Below, piece after piece: positions 1-12,157 of a stretch of 64,000 bases of DNA (positions are counted from its first letter, which is position 1; every line of letters begins with the position of its first letter). This stretch comes from Eukaryota sp. TZLM1-RC (lineage: Eukaryota > Protista > Metamonada: BaSk clade), in contig JAUPSS010000007.1 of assembly GCA_040285825.1 (NCBI GenBank), positions 3,012,689 through 3,076,688 of the forward strand. Direction: 5' to 3'. A program made the position numbers and the translations under genes. Below the pieces are notes generated by a model. The model searched no databases. It was given only the letters and a program-made list of their open reading frames with translations, and was not told the DNA's origin.

Positions 1-670
1 TATTTAATTGTAATAGATTTATTTCCTATCGTTCTACGTTGCATGATGCAGTCAGAGATCAAATCCATGCAATGTGTAATTCCTATCATATTGAATCTTT
101 TGTAGAACCTTTGTTGAGGTCTCTTGATATAAATGAAAGCGTAAGAGATTCAGAATATGGAAAACGACATGCTGATGTTGTTGTGCCCTCGTTTGATGAT
201 GTCATGAATGTTGTTGATGTCGTAACAGTGGCTGTTTGCAAGAAAAATGCCTTGAAAAATGCTCAATCCGAAGTATCCCCCCTTGATGACTCCGAATTGT
301 ACAAACGGAAAAAGTATGCAAATCCTTTAAAAGAATTGAAACATGTTCGCCATGTAGATTACCAAATTTGCCCATTTGCTATATCGTTGTATGGTCGTCT
401 TGGAAAAACTGCTATGAATTTTATTGATGATTTTGAAAATCTTGTGAAAAGAAGAATGAATAAGCGTTTTGATCGTCGCTTGTGGCTAAATCGTATTGTT
501 TTTACTATTTTCAAATCAATTCCCAAAATGATTTCGAAAGCTTTGATGTCTGTCAGTGCACATTACGAAGAAATTGCTGTTGTGAGGTTTGATGGTGTGG
601 AAGCTTGTTTTGAAGATATTGACTTTTAGACTGTAGTTTAATAATAAATTAAAATTTTTCAAAAAAAAAA
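1..670 (+). mobile_element. Non-LTR RLE retrotransposon family A, 3' end (endonuclease domain, stop at 629, AATAAA, poly(A))
   Basis: ORF 39-629 has HDAVRD, EP, ADVVV/DVVTV and K..KY RLE motifs and ends FEDIDF; poly(A) at 661-670. Confidence 0.9.
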
Positions 671-1463
671 CAATTCCGCAAGTATATGGTACTCTCTTAT
701 CCGATTCTGCTTGGACTCTGAATATGAGATTTCGTTCCTTTATCTGGCCTGATAATTTACCTCATAATTTAATTTGTAAATGTTCTCGAGAAATTACAAC
801 TACTCATTTGTTAAATTGTAAACATTTTATTACTTTTAGAAGCAAGGTTCATGATGCTGTAAGAGACCAGTTATATTGTATGTGTAAATCTCATAGAATT
901 GAATCCTTCTTGGAACCTCTGTTGTCAAATCTGTTTGATGCTGAAAATGATTTTCATAAGAATAATAGAGGTGATGTCATATTACCTGGATTAGATGGAA
1001 GCTTTATTTTATTGGATGTAATGTCTGTTGATTTTTGTAATGCCTCAAATGAAAGGCTTGTTAATTCTGAAATTCATAATCCCCTTTCAAATGCTGAAAA
1101 TTTTAAATTCAAAAAATACAATGAACCTTTGTCCAAATTGGCCAGTCTACAGCATGCAAAATACAATTTGTATCCATTTGTATTTTCCCTTTTTGGTTCA
1201 CTTGCACCAACTGCTTTACGTTTTTTGGATGATTTTGAAATGATTGTAAAGAGAAGAACTGGCAGAAATTTCAACAGATTGTTTTGGCAAAATAGAATTG
1301 TGTTTTCTATTTTTAAGGGGATGTTGAAGATGGTTTCTGATGCTTTGCTTTCTCTTGGATCTCACTATGAGAGAGTTGCATCTAGTGTTTTTGTTTTGGG
1401 AGAGATGGATTTTTTTAGATGTTGATTTATAGGTTTAGAATAAAATTAAATTTTAAAAAAAAA
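671..1463 (+). mobile_element. Non-LTR family B, 3' fragment (CCHC knuckle + RLE)
   Basis: ORF 724-1425: CKC..HLLNC, HDAVRD, RGD, LDVMSV, KFKKY; AATAAA and poly(A). Confidence 0.9.
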
Positions 1464-1623
1464 GTTTTCTATTTTTAAGGGGATGTTGAAGATGGTTTCT
1501 GATGCTTTGCTTTCTCTTGGATCTCACTATGAGAGAGTTGCATCTAGTGTTTTTGTTTTGGGAGAGATGGATTTTTTTAGATGTTGATTTATAGGTTTAG
1601 AATAAAATTAATTTTTTAAAAAA
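1464..1623 (+). repeat. Direct duplicate of the last ~160 bp of family B
   Basis: Near-identical to ~1302-1460, starting right after the first poly(A). Confidence 0.9.
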
Positions 1624-2086
1624 GATTCTTTCCCATAAAAATGGTAGAAAAAACTTAATAGCTCAGGAAAATCAGATTTAATAACTTCAAAAATTGCTGC
1701 TCGCTTTACAGAATTAAAAGCATTTTTAAAGTCGAGATTAAAAATAAAATTATTTTCCTCTGCATTAAAAAAGGTATCAGAGGCAATAGCAGCAACAGAA
1801 GCACCATCAATTGTTTTGATTCCAAATTGATGAGGATTCAAAAATGTAGAAGCTTTGTCTTTGACACGATCGAAGACAATTGATGCTAGCAAACGAGAAA
1901 GAGATTCACCAACAGCAATTGGGCGTATTCCATCAGGTTTGATTCCGTTTCCAGGCTTTACTAAAGCAATCAGACGTGCTGCGAGTAATTCAAATGGAGT
2001 ATTAATTTTCAAAACAATTAATTGTTGAAAATAGTGGGCTAGATCATCAGCAATTTCGGGAGCACTGGAACACGCTATTTTTAACA
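1624..2086 (-). mobile_element. Non-LTR RT N-terminal fragment
   Basis: ARLIALVKP..RPIAVGE..QFG..DFKNAFNSV motifs. Confidence 0.85.
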
Positions 2087-2458
2087 GCTAAATATGCGAA
2101 ACCCATTTCCTCGGTTAATGAAAATTCTCATGCCCAATAATTTATGTCCATTTGTTTTTTCTTTGCTTGGATCTCTAGGTAAGGCTGCTATGGCTTTCCT
2201 TGAGGATTTTGTTGTAGTTGTAAAGGAAAGAACTGGAAGAATTTTCAATCGTGTTTACTGGCAAAACAGGATTGTATTTTCTATTTTTAAGGGAATCGTA
2301 ACACTAATTTCTGATTCACTATCTTCTTCTTTTGGGAAATTTTCTGAATCTTTAGCGATTAATTGTTTTGATGTAGGGGAGGCAGGTTTTGAGGATGTGG
2401 AGTTTTAATTGTGTATTTCATATTTGTTGTTGAATAAAAATTTGTAAGCTAAAAAAAA
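2087..2458 (+). mobile_element. Non-LTR family C, 3' end
   Basis: Ends GEAGFEDVEF-TAA, AATAAA, poly(A). Confidence 0.9.
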
Positions 2459-2606
2459 GATTCTCGTCCCCAAAAGGTTTTCACTCCCAAGAAACAACCC
2501 AAGAATAAAACTGTACGAAAACTTTTGCTACGTGGGAGATATGGTTCTGGGAAAAACGCTCTGTTCTCTTCTGATCTTGCTCCTGTGACTGGTGAAACTG
2601 TAAATC

Positions 2607-3245
2607 AATTAAAAAGTTTGCAAAAACGGGATTCTTTTCTTTAGCCAAGCTAAGACGAACAGTGAAATCCAAGTTTTCAAAAACTTTTAATATCTTTTTC
2701 TGCAATTTAGCATATGCAAATTTCAAGGAAATCAAACTCCTGGGTGGAATTTCTTGAATCAACATCACCATCTATTTCTCTCGAATTTTGCAGAATTTTT
2801 AATGAATTAAGAACAAAATTTTTGGCTAATTTGCTCGATATTGATTCTTCTTTTTTACGTAGTCATATTTTTTTGTAGCACAGAATTGGGAGGCCTGGAT
2901 TTTCACAAATCAAAATATTTGTGTAAAGCCGCATTCATCGGTGGAGGAAAAAATTTCGTTTTTGAATTTTTGAAACGTTTTCCTGAAAACCAGCATTTGA
3001 TAGAATGTTGTGTTAGTGACTATTTAGTGTCCTTGCAGAGTGAAATTGAATGCATCTCTCCTCACATATGGTCCAAATGCTTTCCTGCTGATATTCAAGA
3101 AATTCCACCCAGGAGTTTGATTTCCTTGAAATTTGCATATGCTAAATTGCAGAAAAAGATATTAAAAGTTTTTGAAAACTTGGATTTCACTGTTCGTCTT
3201 AGCTTGGCTAAAGAAAAGAATCCCGTTTTTGCAAACTTTTTAATT
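2607..3245. repeat. 153-bp inverted repeat (2607-2759 / 3093-3245) of non-LTR linker sequence
   Basis: Same peptide IQEIPPRSLISLKFAYAKLQ..ANFLI encoded on both strands; nucleotide ends match. Confidence 0.85.
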
Positions 3246-4311
3246 TTTAATTTCATTTTAATTTATTTTCAAAACCACAGTCTAAAAGTCAATATCTTCA
3301 AAACAAGCTTCCACACCATCAAACCTTACAGCAGCAATGTTTTCATAATGTGCACTGACAGACATTAAAGCTTTCGAAATCATTTTTAGGAATTGATTTG
3401 AAAATAGTAAAAACAATACGATTTAGCCACAAGCCACGATCAAAACGCTTATTCATTCTTTTTTTCACAAGATTTTCAAAATCATCAATAAAATTCAAAG
3501 CAGTTTTTCCAAGACGACCATACAACGATATAGCAAATGGGCAAATTTGGTAATCTACATGGCGAACATGTTTCAATTCTTTTAAAGGATTTGCATACTT
3601 TTTCCGTTTGTACAATTCGGAGTCATCAAGGGGGGATACTTCGGATTGAGCATTTTTCAAGGCATTTTTCTTGCATACATCCACTGTTACGACATCAACA
3701 ACATTCATGACATCATCAAACGAGGGCACAACAACATCAGCACGTCGTTTTCCATATTCTGAATCTCTTACACTTTCATTTATATCAAGAGACCTCAACA
3801 AAGGTTCTACAAAAGATTCAATATGATAGGAATTACACATTGCATGGATTTGATCTCTGACTGCATCATGCAACGTAGAACGATAGGAAATATATCTATT
3901 ACAATTAAATAAATGTGATAATGTCAAACCAGCTCCACATTTACAAAACAAATCATTGGGCAAATTACAAGGCCATAAATAACAACGCATTCTCATAGCA
4001 GTGGTCCATTGGTCGTCATTCAAAAATAGACCATAAATCTGGGGAATTTGATTTATCAAAACTGCAGATGAACTGTCCTTCAAATCAATCAAAAAATTGG
4101 CAAAAGCAGGATTTTCTCTCTTAGCCGTGCTAAGTCGAACAATAAAATCCTTGTTTTCAAAATTTTTCAAAAGATGTCGTTGGAGCTTTTTCAACGCAAA
4201 TTTTAATGAATATAAACTTCTGTCTGGAATTTCTTGAATGGATATGGGGAAACATGATTGCCATAAGTCGGGAGATAAACTGGATATTTCTTCTCTTAAG
4301 TTATCCAGGAA
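3246..4311 (-). mobile_element. Non-LTR family A, 3' fragment
   Basis: ORF 3343-4194 with CKCG..HLFNC and RLE; one frameshift near the C terminus. Confidence 0.9.
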
Positions 4312-4353
4312 TATGCTATTTAATATATATATATATATTTTGCTATGTTATTT

Positions 4354-5210
4354 TAACTTTTTAATTGACCTCAAGGATAGTAGCTCAAGTTGTCTTATTT
4401 CCCAGATTCCAAATGTATATGGTCTATTATTAAATGATCATCAATGGACAACTGCCTTCAGGATGAGGTGTTTCCTGTGGCCATGTAGTGTGCCAAATGA
4501 TTTGATTTGTCGTTGTGGTCAGCTCATTAATCTGAATCAATTATTTAATTGCAAATTTAATATTACATATCGCTCAGTTGTTCACGATGCTGTTAGAGAC
4601 CAACTATACGCTATGTGCAAAAGCCATCACATTGAAGCTTTTGTTGAACCACTTGTGCGAAGGTTGTCATCTGAAAATGAAAATGAAAAATACTTTTTGG
4701 GAAACGCCGTGCTGATTTAATTACCCCTGCGTCTGATGGTGTTATTAAAGTTGTTGATGTTGTCACTGTTGATGTTTGTAAAGACTCAGCAATTGACTTT
4801 GCTAAAAGAGATGAAACTCCACTTTGCTTTGCTGAAAAGAGCAAAATCAAAAAGTACAATGAACCCTTATCTCAGCTAGGACGTGTTGAGCATGTTAAGT
4901 ATCAGTTGGTTCCATTTGCTGTTTCTCTTTTTGGTAACATTGGAATATCTGGCATTAAATTTCTTGAAGGTTTCAGAAGTTTAATAAAAGAAAGAGCAGG
5001 AAAAGAATTGAACTTCAATTTCTGGCACAATAGAATTGTTTTCAGTATTCTTAAAGCAATTCCAGAAATGTTGACCAAAGCACTGTTACAATTAGGAATA
5101 GAGTATGAAAATCGCGCGCTTAAAAGATTTGATGATGTTGATGCGTGTATTGAGGATATTGAGTTCTAGTTTTTTGTTTAATGTTTTGTTAGCGTTGAAA
5201 ATAAATTTAT
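4354..5210 (+). mobile_element. Non-LTR family D, 3' fragment
   Basis: CRCG..FNC, HDAVRD, RRAD; ends ACIEDIEF-TAG at 5169. Confidence 0.9.
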
Positions 5211-5312
5211 CCTATTTTGTAGAGGAAATCATGGTTCAATGATTTTCGTCCCATTATCTATGAATTTAATTTGTTAAGTGTGTAAGTTTAATAAATTATT
5301 TCCATAAAAAAG

Positions 5313-6600
5313 TAAATCAATTAGTTGATCTACATCCAGCTGAATTTCTTAATTTGGATAAACCATCTGCTTCACAATTTTGGAAACAAAATCCACTTTT
5401 TGAAAAAGAAGTTGAAACTGCCATTTTTCGTCTTCCATCTGGAAAAGCTCCAGGTCCATCTGGAATAACTTTTGATATGCTGAAATCTGTGTGCCGCCAA
5501 AATTCCTTTATTATTAAAGATTTATGTTCCTTTTTTCAAGATGTTTTGACAATGAAAATTGTTCCACCTAAAGAATTAAGTGCATCACGGTTAGTGGCTT
5601 TAACTAAACCTAATGGAAATGTTCGCCCAATTGCTATTGGTGAAGCCATTTATCGCCTGATGCCAAACCAAAACAGAGAAAAGCTAATTCATCTTTTCAA
5701 GCAAGTAAATGCAGCTTTGGTCAAATATTTTGATGAATTGAATCCAACACCGCCAAGTTGAACATCAGAAAAAATATGATTTTTCAAAATTGATGGATCA
5801 ACAGACATTAAATAAGCCAAAAATTGGGTACGTATTTTGTTAAATTGTCTACAAAAATTGTAAGTTAGGGATGGAGGTAATGATCGCAGTAAATGAGTAA
5901 TTTTTCCAGCATAACAAATTTTCAAAAGAAAAAACTTAAAATGTTTTTCCAATTCAAGAGTCTTTATGACTTCTAGCTCTTTTTTAATTGAATTTAAATA
6001 ATTTTCAAGGCTATCAAGTGTTTTTTCGGCGGAACCTAAATAGCAACCAAGAAAGCAGAAACTAGTTGAAGTATAATCAATATATGGAACTTCACGGGAA
6101 TTAATTATTAACTTTACATTTTTCCTAGAAATACAAAAACATTTTTGAACATTCAACTCAAGACCTATGGATTGGTATAATGTAGCAGCTTCATTAGCAA
6201 CCCTATTAATTGTACTTTCTGGACCAATACAAAAAATGTCATCCATGTAGGCTACCACTTGAAGGTCAGAATTTTCTTCTTTTAATTTTTTCAAAATTGG
6301 GTGAATTGCAAGACAAAAAAAGAAAGGACCTAAAGGGTCTCCTTGTTTAACTCCTGATAAAGAATCCAGATTAAAGGAATTAAAAATTAAATCAGATGAA
6401 TTACCATAAAACCTATAAAAAAAGGTTTCGAGTTCAGGAAAATTTGATTTGATTTCTTTCCAAATTGAATCTCTTTTCACTGAATTGAAAGCATTTTTGA
6501 AATCAAGATTAAAAATGCAACTATTTTCGTGACAATTGAAAAACAGATCAGATGTCAAAGCTGCAACTGAAGCTCCATCTATGGTTTTGATTCCATATTT
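5313..6600. mobile_element. Family A-type RT region split into a forward piece (5313-5660) and an inverted piece (5706-6600)
   Basis: GKAPGPSG/RPIAIGE on +; GVKQGDPLGP and YMDD on -. Confidence 0.8.
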
Positions 6601-8026
6601 TTTTTTCTCCCTCCCCTGGTCAACCCTCTCATATTTCACTTTCTGTCACGGCGTCCAAGTTGTACTGTGTCTTTGCCAAAACGATGCCATTGACTGATAG
6701 TGACTCTGATACTGATTGGAACGCCCAAGCAAAGATTCTATCCATCAGATCAAGCTCATCCCCTTCACTTCTCCACTCTCCCCACCCTTCAAGCTATGCT
6801 CGAAATTCTTCTCAAAAAAATTTGAAAATTTTTAAAAAAAGATTTTTTGCCTTTGTGTGATGCCCCTGATATTACGCCTGAAAAAGTGCAAAAAAGAAGA
6901 CATACCTGTTCCAAATGTGGCAAGGTTGGTCATAACATTAGAAAATGTCCTGATGTTATTACCGAAAAATTGAGACTGAAAACCAATATTTCTATTGTTA
7001 ATAGTTTGCAAACGCCATCCGAACTGATTCTTCCCTCCTGTTCCCAATGTTTCTGCTGATGATGTTCATTATGATTTAAATATTCATCAAACTCATTTAC
7101 CAAAAACTGTTGCTCCTGATCCTACGGATAATGTCTTGAAACATAATTGTCCTTTTGCAAAAGTTCCTCTTTAATTCTTCTAATGGTCGCCCTCTCTTGT
7201 TTTGTTTCGACTGTCAAACAAGTGATTCTCTTCGTGCACCTGTTAAAATTCCTGTAGAGGTGAGTCCTGCCAGTTCTGTTCCTTTGTCAATGGAAATGCG
7301 TTCTTTTTTCTTCGCAATTGAAATTGAACAAATGGAACATAACAAGATTTTGGAAATTCTTTGCCAAAAAGAATAACAAAAAAATTAATTACAAAACCAA
7401 AACAGAGAAAAGCTAATTCATCTTTTCAAGCAAGAAAATTGTTTTTGAGAGGTAGATATGGAAGCGGATTAAAAAATATTTTTTCGGGAAAACTGGCTGA
7501 TAACAATCTCGAAACTGTTGAAAAATTGAAATCCCTCCATCCAACTGAAAATTTTTGCCCCAGTAAGCCTTCTATTTGTCAATATTGGCTCGAAAATCCA
7601 TTTCAGGCTCAAGAAGTATTGAATGCCGTTGCTAAATTACCAAAAGGAAAAGCTGCTGGTCCTTCAGGCATTTCCTTTGATTTGTTGAAAACTTTCTGTA
7701 AAAATGCTCCTGAAATTTGTGAGGATCTTGCTTCCTATTTTCAAAATTTAATGTGTTTGAATTGTGTTCCTCCGCATGAATTGACTGCTGCCCGTTTAGT
7801 TGCTTTAGTTAAACCTGGTAAAGGTGACAAACCTGATGGAGTTAGACCAATTGCTATTGGAGAGTCATTAACCAGATTGCTTTCTTCACTTATTTTTAAC
7901 AGAATTTCTACTAAAGCAAGGGACTATTTGAAGCCTTTCCAATTTGGTATAAAAACTGTTGAAGGTGCTTCTGTTGCTTCAATGACTTCAGATGTTTTTT
8001 TCAATAGTCAACAACATCAATATATT
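6601..8026 (+). mobile_element. 5' end of a non-LTR element: leader, CCHC knuckle, putative C4 zinc ribbon, RT N terminus (frameshifted)
   Basis: CSKCGKVGHNIRKC, GRPLLFCFDC, GKAAGPSG, RPIAIGE, QFG. Confidence 0.8.
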
Positions 8027-9200
8027 CAAAATTTAAATTGTATTCAAAACCTATAAATCAACATCTAAAAAATCCATTTCTCCCAGAACAAAAACACTAG
8101 ATGCAACTCTCTCATAGTGAGATCCAAGAGAAAGCAAAGCATCAGAAACCATCTTCAACATCCCCTTAAAAATAGAAAACACAATTCTATTTTGCCAAAA
8201 CAATCAGTTGAAATTTCTGCCAGTTCTTCTCTTTACAATCATTTCAAAATCATCCAAAAAACGTAAAGCAGTTGGTGCAAGTGAACCAAAAAGGGAAAAT
8301 ACAAATGGATACAAATTGTATTTTGCATGCTGTAGACTGGCCAATTTGGACAAAGGTTCATTGTATTTTTTGAATTTAAAATTTTCAGCATTTGAAAGGG
8401 GATTATGAATTTCAGAATTAACTAGCCTTTCATTTGAGGCATTACAAGGATCAACAGACATTACATCCAATAAAATGAAACTTCCATCTAATCCAGGTAA
8501 TATAACATCACCTCTATTATTCTTAAGAAAATCATCTTCAGCATCAAACAGATTTGACAACAGAGGTTCCAAGAAGGATTCAATTCTATGAGATTTACAC
8601 ATACAATATAACTGGTCTCTTACAGCATCATGAACCTTGCTTCTAAAAAGTAATAAAATGTTTACAATTTAACAAATGAGTAGTTGTAATTTCTCGAGAA
8701 CATTTACAAATTAAATTATGAGGTAAATTATCAGGCCAGATAAAGGAACGAAATCTCATATTCAGAGTCCAAGCTTTTTTTTTTACCAAAATTTTAATTT
8801 TATTCAAAACCTATAAATCAACATCTAAAAAATCCATCTCTCCCAGAACAAAAACACTAAATGCAACTCTCTCATAGTGAGATCCAAGAGAAAGCAAAGC
8901 ATCAGAAACCATCTTCAACATCCCCTTAAAAATAGAAAACACAATTCTATTTTGCCAAAACAATCTGTTGAAATTTCTGCCAGTTGTTCTCTTTACAATC
9001 ATTTCAAAATCATCCAAAAAACGTAAAGCAGTTGGTGCAAGTGAACCAAAAAGGGAAAATACAAATGGATACAAATTGTATTTTGCATGCTGTAGACTGG
9101 CTAATTTGGACAAAGGTTCATTGTATTTTTTGAATTTAAAATTTTCAGCATTTGAAAGGGTTATGAATTTCAGAATTAACTAGCCTTTCATTTGAGGCAT
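8027..9200 (-). mobile_element. Two tandem family B 3' fragments (8027-8774, 8775-9200)
   Basis: Both end GEMDFLDVDL; poly(T) on + at ~8775. Confidence 0.9.
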
Positions 9201-9265
9201 CAATCCTCAAGGATTTCCTCCTGAGTTGTCTGCGTCACGTTTAATTCCTCTCAGTAAGAAAAATA

Positions 9266-9413
9266 TTTCTGATTCACTATCTTCTTTTGGGAAATTTTCT
9301 GAATCTTTAGCGATTAATTGTTTTGATGTAGGGGAGGCAGGTTTTGAGGATGTGGAGTTTTAATTGTGTATTTCATATTTGTTGTTGAATAAAAATAAAT
9401 AAGGTAAAAAAAA
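9266..9413 (+). mobile_element. Family C extreme 3' end
   Basis: FEDVEF-TAA, AATAAA, poly(A). Confidence 0.85.
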
Positions 9414-9930
9414 GTAAGAAAAATAATGGAGTCCCCTCTTTGCGATAAGGGTTCTTTTATCAACAGTGCATCTTGCCTAATAACCCAAGTACCTCGCCGT
9501 TTTGGTCTGTTGCTTTCCGATTCCCAGTTTTTAACAATTATGAGACTACGTTTGAACTTACCTCCCCCTCAATGTTTAACAAATATTCGTTGTAAATGTG
9601 GAGCAGTTGCTTCCTATACTCATGTCTTATCTTGTAGGAAGTTCACTCAGAAGAGGTCGATTATTCACAATGCCGTTCGCGATTGCATTTATGATTTGTT
9701 GAAGAGTGCCCATCATCCAGTACGACTGGAACCAGTTTTTGATGAAATGCAGCTTGCTCAAAGTCAAAAAAGAGGTGATATTCAATGTGCTTGGCGTAGC
9801 GGCCAGGAATTAATTATTGATTGTACAACTGTTTCTCCTTGGAAGTTGTCTTCGTCTTCCGACATTGAATCAACCCTCAAGAATGCGGAAAGGAGCAAGC
9901 ACTCGAAGTATAATGATTTACTTGTAAACC
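9414..9930 (+). mobile_element. Non-LTR family I (divergent) CCHC + RLE fragment
   Basis: CKCG..HVLSC, HNAVRD, EP, RGD, IIDCT, AERSKHSKY. Confidence 0.85.
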
Positions 9931-10139
9931 GCTCTTGGAGCTTCTCAGACGGCCGCTTACTAATGGAAGTAGAAAGTTTGTGATCTGTTTACTGAAAGTT
10001 TGGTTAGTTGTTCTTGAGATAGAATTCTTACTCTTCTTATTGGATGTTGTTGCTTGTTTTAACTATCGTATGTGTGATGAAAAGCCTGCTGTCGCCTTTC
10101 AAACGCTCTTGGAGCATCCCAGACGGCCGCTTAGTAATG
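9930..10139 (+). repeat. 36-bp imperfect direct repeat (9930-9965 / 10104-10139)
   Basis: cgctcttggagc.t.c.cagacggccgctta.taatg, 3 mismatches. Confidence 0.8.
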
Positions 10140-10269
10140 TCAATCATGTACTTTTTGGTTTTGTGCTGGTTGTTCAGTGTCTTTTTGGAATATTGACTAC
10201 AAGTAGTGGAGTAGTTGGACGAGGAATTTCTGAATTGTTGTAGTATTTAGCTCATTTAATAAAAAAAAA

Positions 10270-12157
10270 GTCCATAAAAAAAAGATGAGTAAACAAAAGA
10301 GGTTTACCACATTTACAAGTTAAATGATTGGGCAAATTGTTTGGCCACAGAAAACAACGAAAACGCATGTTTAGAAGCCATTCATTGTCTTTTAACAAAA
10401 GTCCATAAACAGAGGGAACTTGAGTTACTAAAGCAGCAGCTGAACTATCACGAATATCCTTTAAAAAATTACCGAAAGCGGGATTTTTAGTTTTGGCCAA
10501 GCCAAGTCTTACTTCATAATCCAAGCCTTCATATAATTTAACCAGATGGTGCTGAAGCTTTTTCAAACAAAAACGTAAATTTGGAAGTGATCGGGTGGGA
10601 ATTTCTTGAACATTTTGAGGAAAACACTGAATCCAGATATCACTAGGCAAATTATCTAATTCGATTTGAAGTTGATTCAAATAAAAATTTGATTCACCAT
10701 TGATCAGATGAACATCAAAAGGGAACCTTTGGAAAAATTCAAAAACAAAATTTTTACCACCTCCCAAAAATGCTGCTTTACACAGAATCGAAGATTTGGT
10801 GAATCCAATTCCACCCAAATCTGCTGAACAAAATACATGACTTCGAATTAAAGATTCATTTACTTCTAATAAAAAAATTTGACTCGAAGTTTGTTAAAAA
10901 GATCTGCAAAAATTGAGAGATACCGAAGGGGAGTTGACCTTAAAATATGAGTGAATTTTCCAGAATAACAAATTTTTAAAATAAAAAATTTGATGTGTTT
11001 CTCAATGTCACATTCAGCAATAAAACTAAGATCCTTGTCAAACTTCTCCAATAAATTGTTTAACTGGGAATAAATTTCATCCAAATTGCCAAGCCAACAT
11101 CCAAGAAACTTAAAAGCTTGTTGGTCATAATTGATAAAAAGAATCTGAGCTCCACCAATCATCAAAGATTGTTTTTCTCTACCAATCAAGAGACATTTAG
11201 ATGGGTTCAAAGCTAATCCAATTTCTTTGTATTCCGCCGCAATGTTTTCAGAGACAACAAAATCCTCAAGGAAAGCCATAGCAGCCTTACCTAGAGATCC
11301 AAGCAAAGAAAAAACAAATGGACATAAATTATATTAGGCATGAGAATTTTCATTAACCGAGGAAATGGGTTTCGCATATTTAGCAATTTTATATTTTTCG
11401 CCTGCAAGAAGAGGATTATTTACATCCGAGTTAATGAGATGTTCGTTAGAGGAATTACAAGGGTCAATAGACATGGCGTCCAAAATAGTAAAACTACCAT
11501 TTAAACCAGGAACAACTAGATCACCTCTAGTCAGACCCATAGAAGCTCTGTTGTAACGCGTACTATCAATATTGGGATCATCAAGAATTAATTTTGATAA
11601 CAGCGGTTCTAAAAAGAATCTACTCGATATGATTTGCACATTACATAAATTTGGTCCCTGACGTTATTATGCACTTTGCTTCTAAACGTAATGAATTGTT
11701 TACAGTTCAAAAGATGAGTAAACAAAAGAGGTTTACCACATTTACAAGTTAAATGATTGGGCAAATTGTTTGGCCACAGAAAACAACGAAAACGCATGTT
11801 TAGAAGCCATTCATTGTTTTTTAACAAAAGTCCATAAACAGAGGGAACTTGAGTTACTAAAGCAGCAGCTGACTTATCACGAATATCCTTTAAAAAATTA
11901 CCGAAAGCGGGATTTTTAGTTTTGGCCAAGCCAAGTCTTACTTCATAATCCAAGCCTTCATATAATTTAACCAGATGGTGCTGAAGCTTTTTCAAGCAAA
12001 AACGTAAATTTGGAAGTGATCGGGTGGGAAATTCTTGAACATTTTGAGGAAAACACTGAATCCAGATATCACTAGGCAAATTATCTAATTCGATTTGAAG
12101 TTGATTCAAATAAAAATTTGATTCACCATTGATCAGATGAACATCAAAAGGGAACCT
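10270..12157 (-). mobile_element. Two fused family C internal fragments
   Basis: ORFs 10252-10818, 10866-11306, 11334-11639 and 11609-12184 match the other C copies. Confidence 0.85.

Noticed and set aside
1028-1274. Many short antisense or alternative-frame ORFs recurring in the ORF track
   Set aside because: They recur only because the underlying transposon sequence is repeated
4312-4350. (AT)n microsatellite as the specific target of the elements
   Set aside because: Seen at only this junction and weakly at ~26043; the TSD-defined targets are not microsatellites
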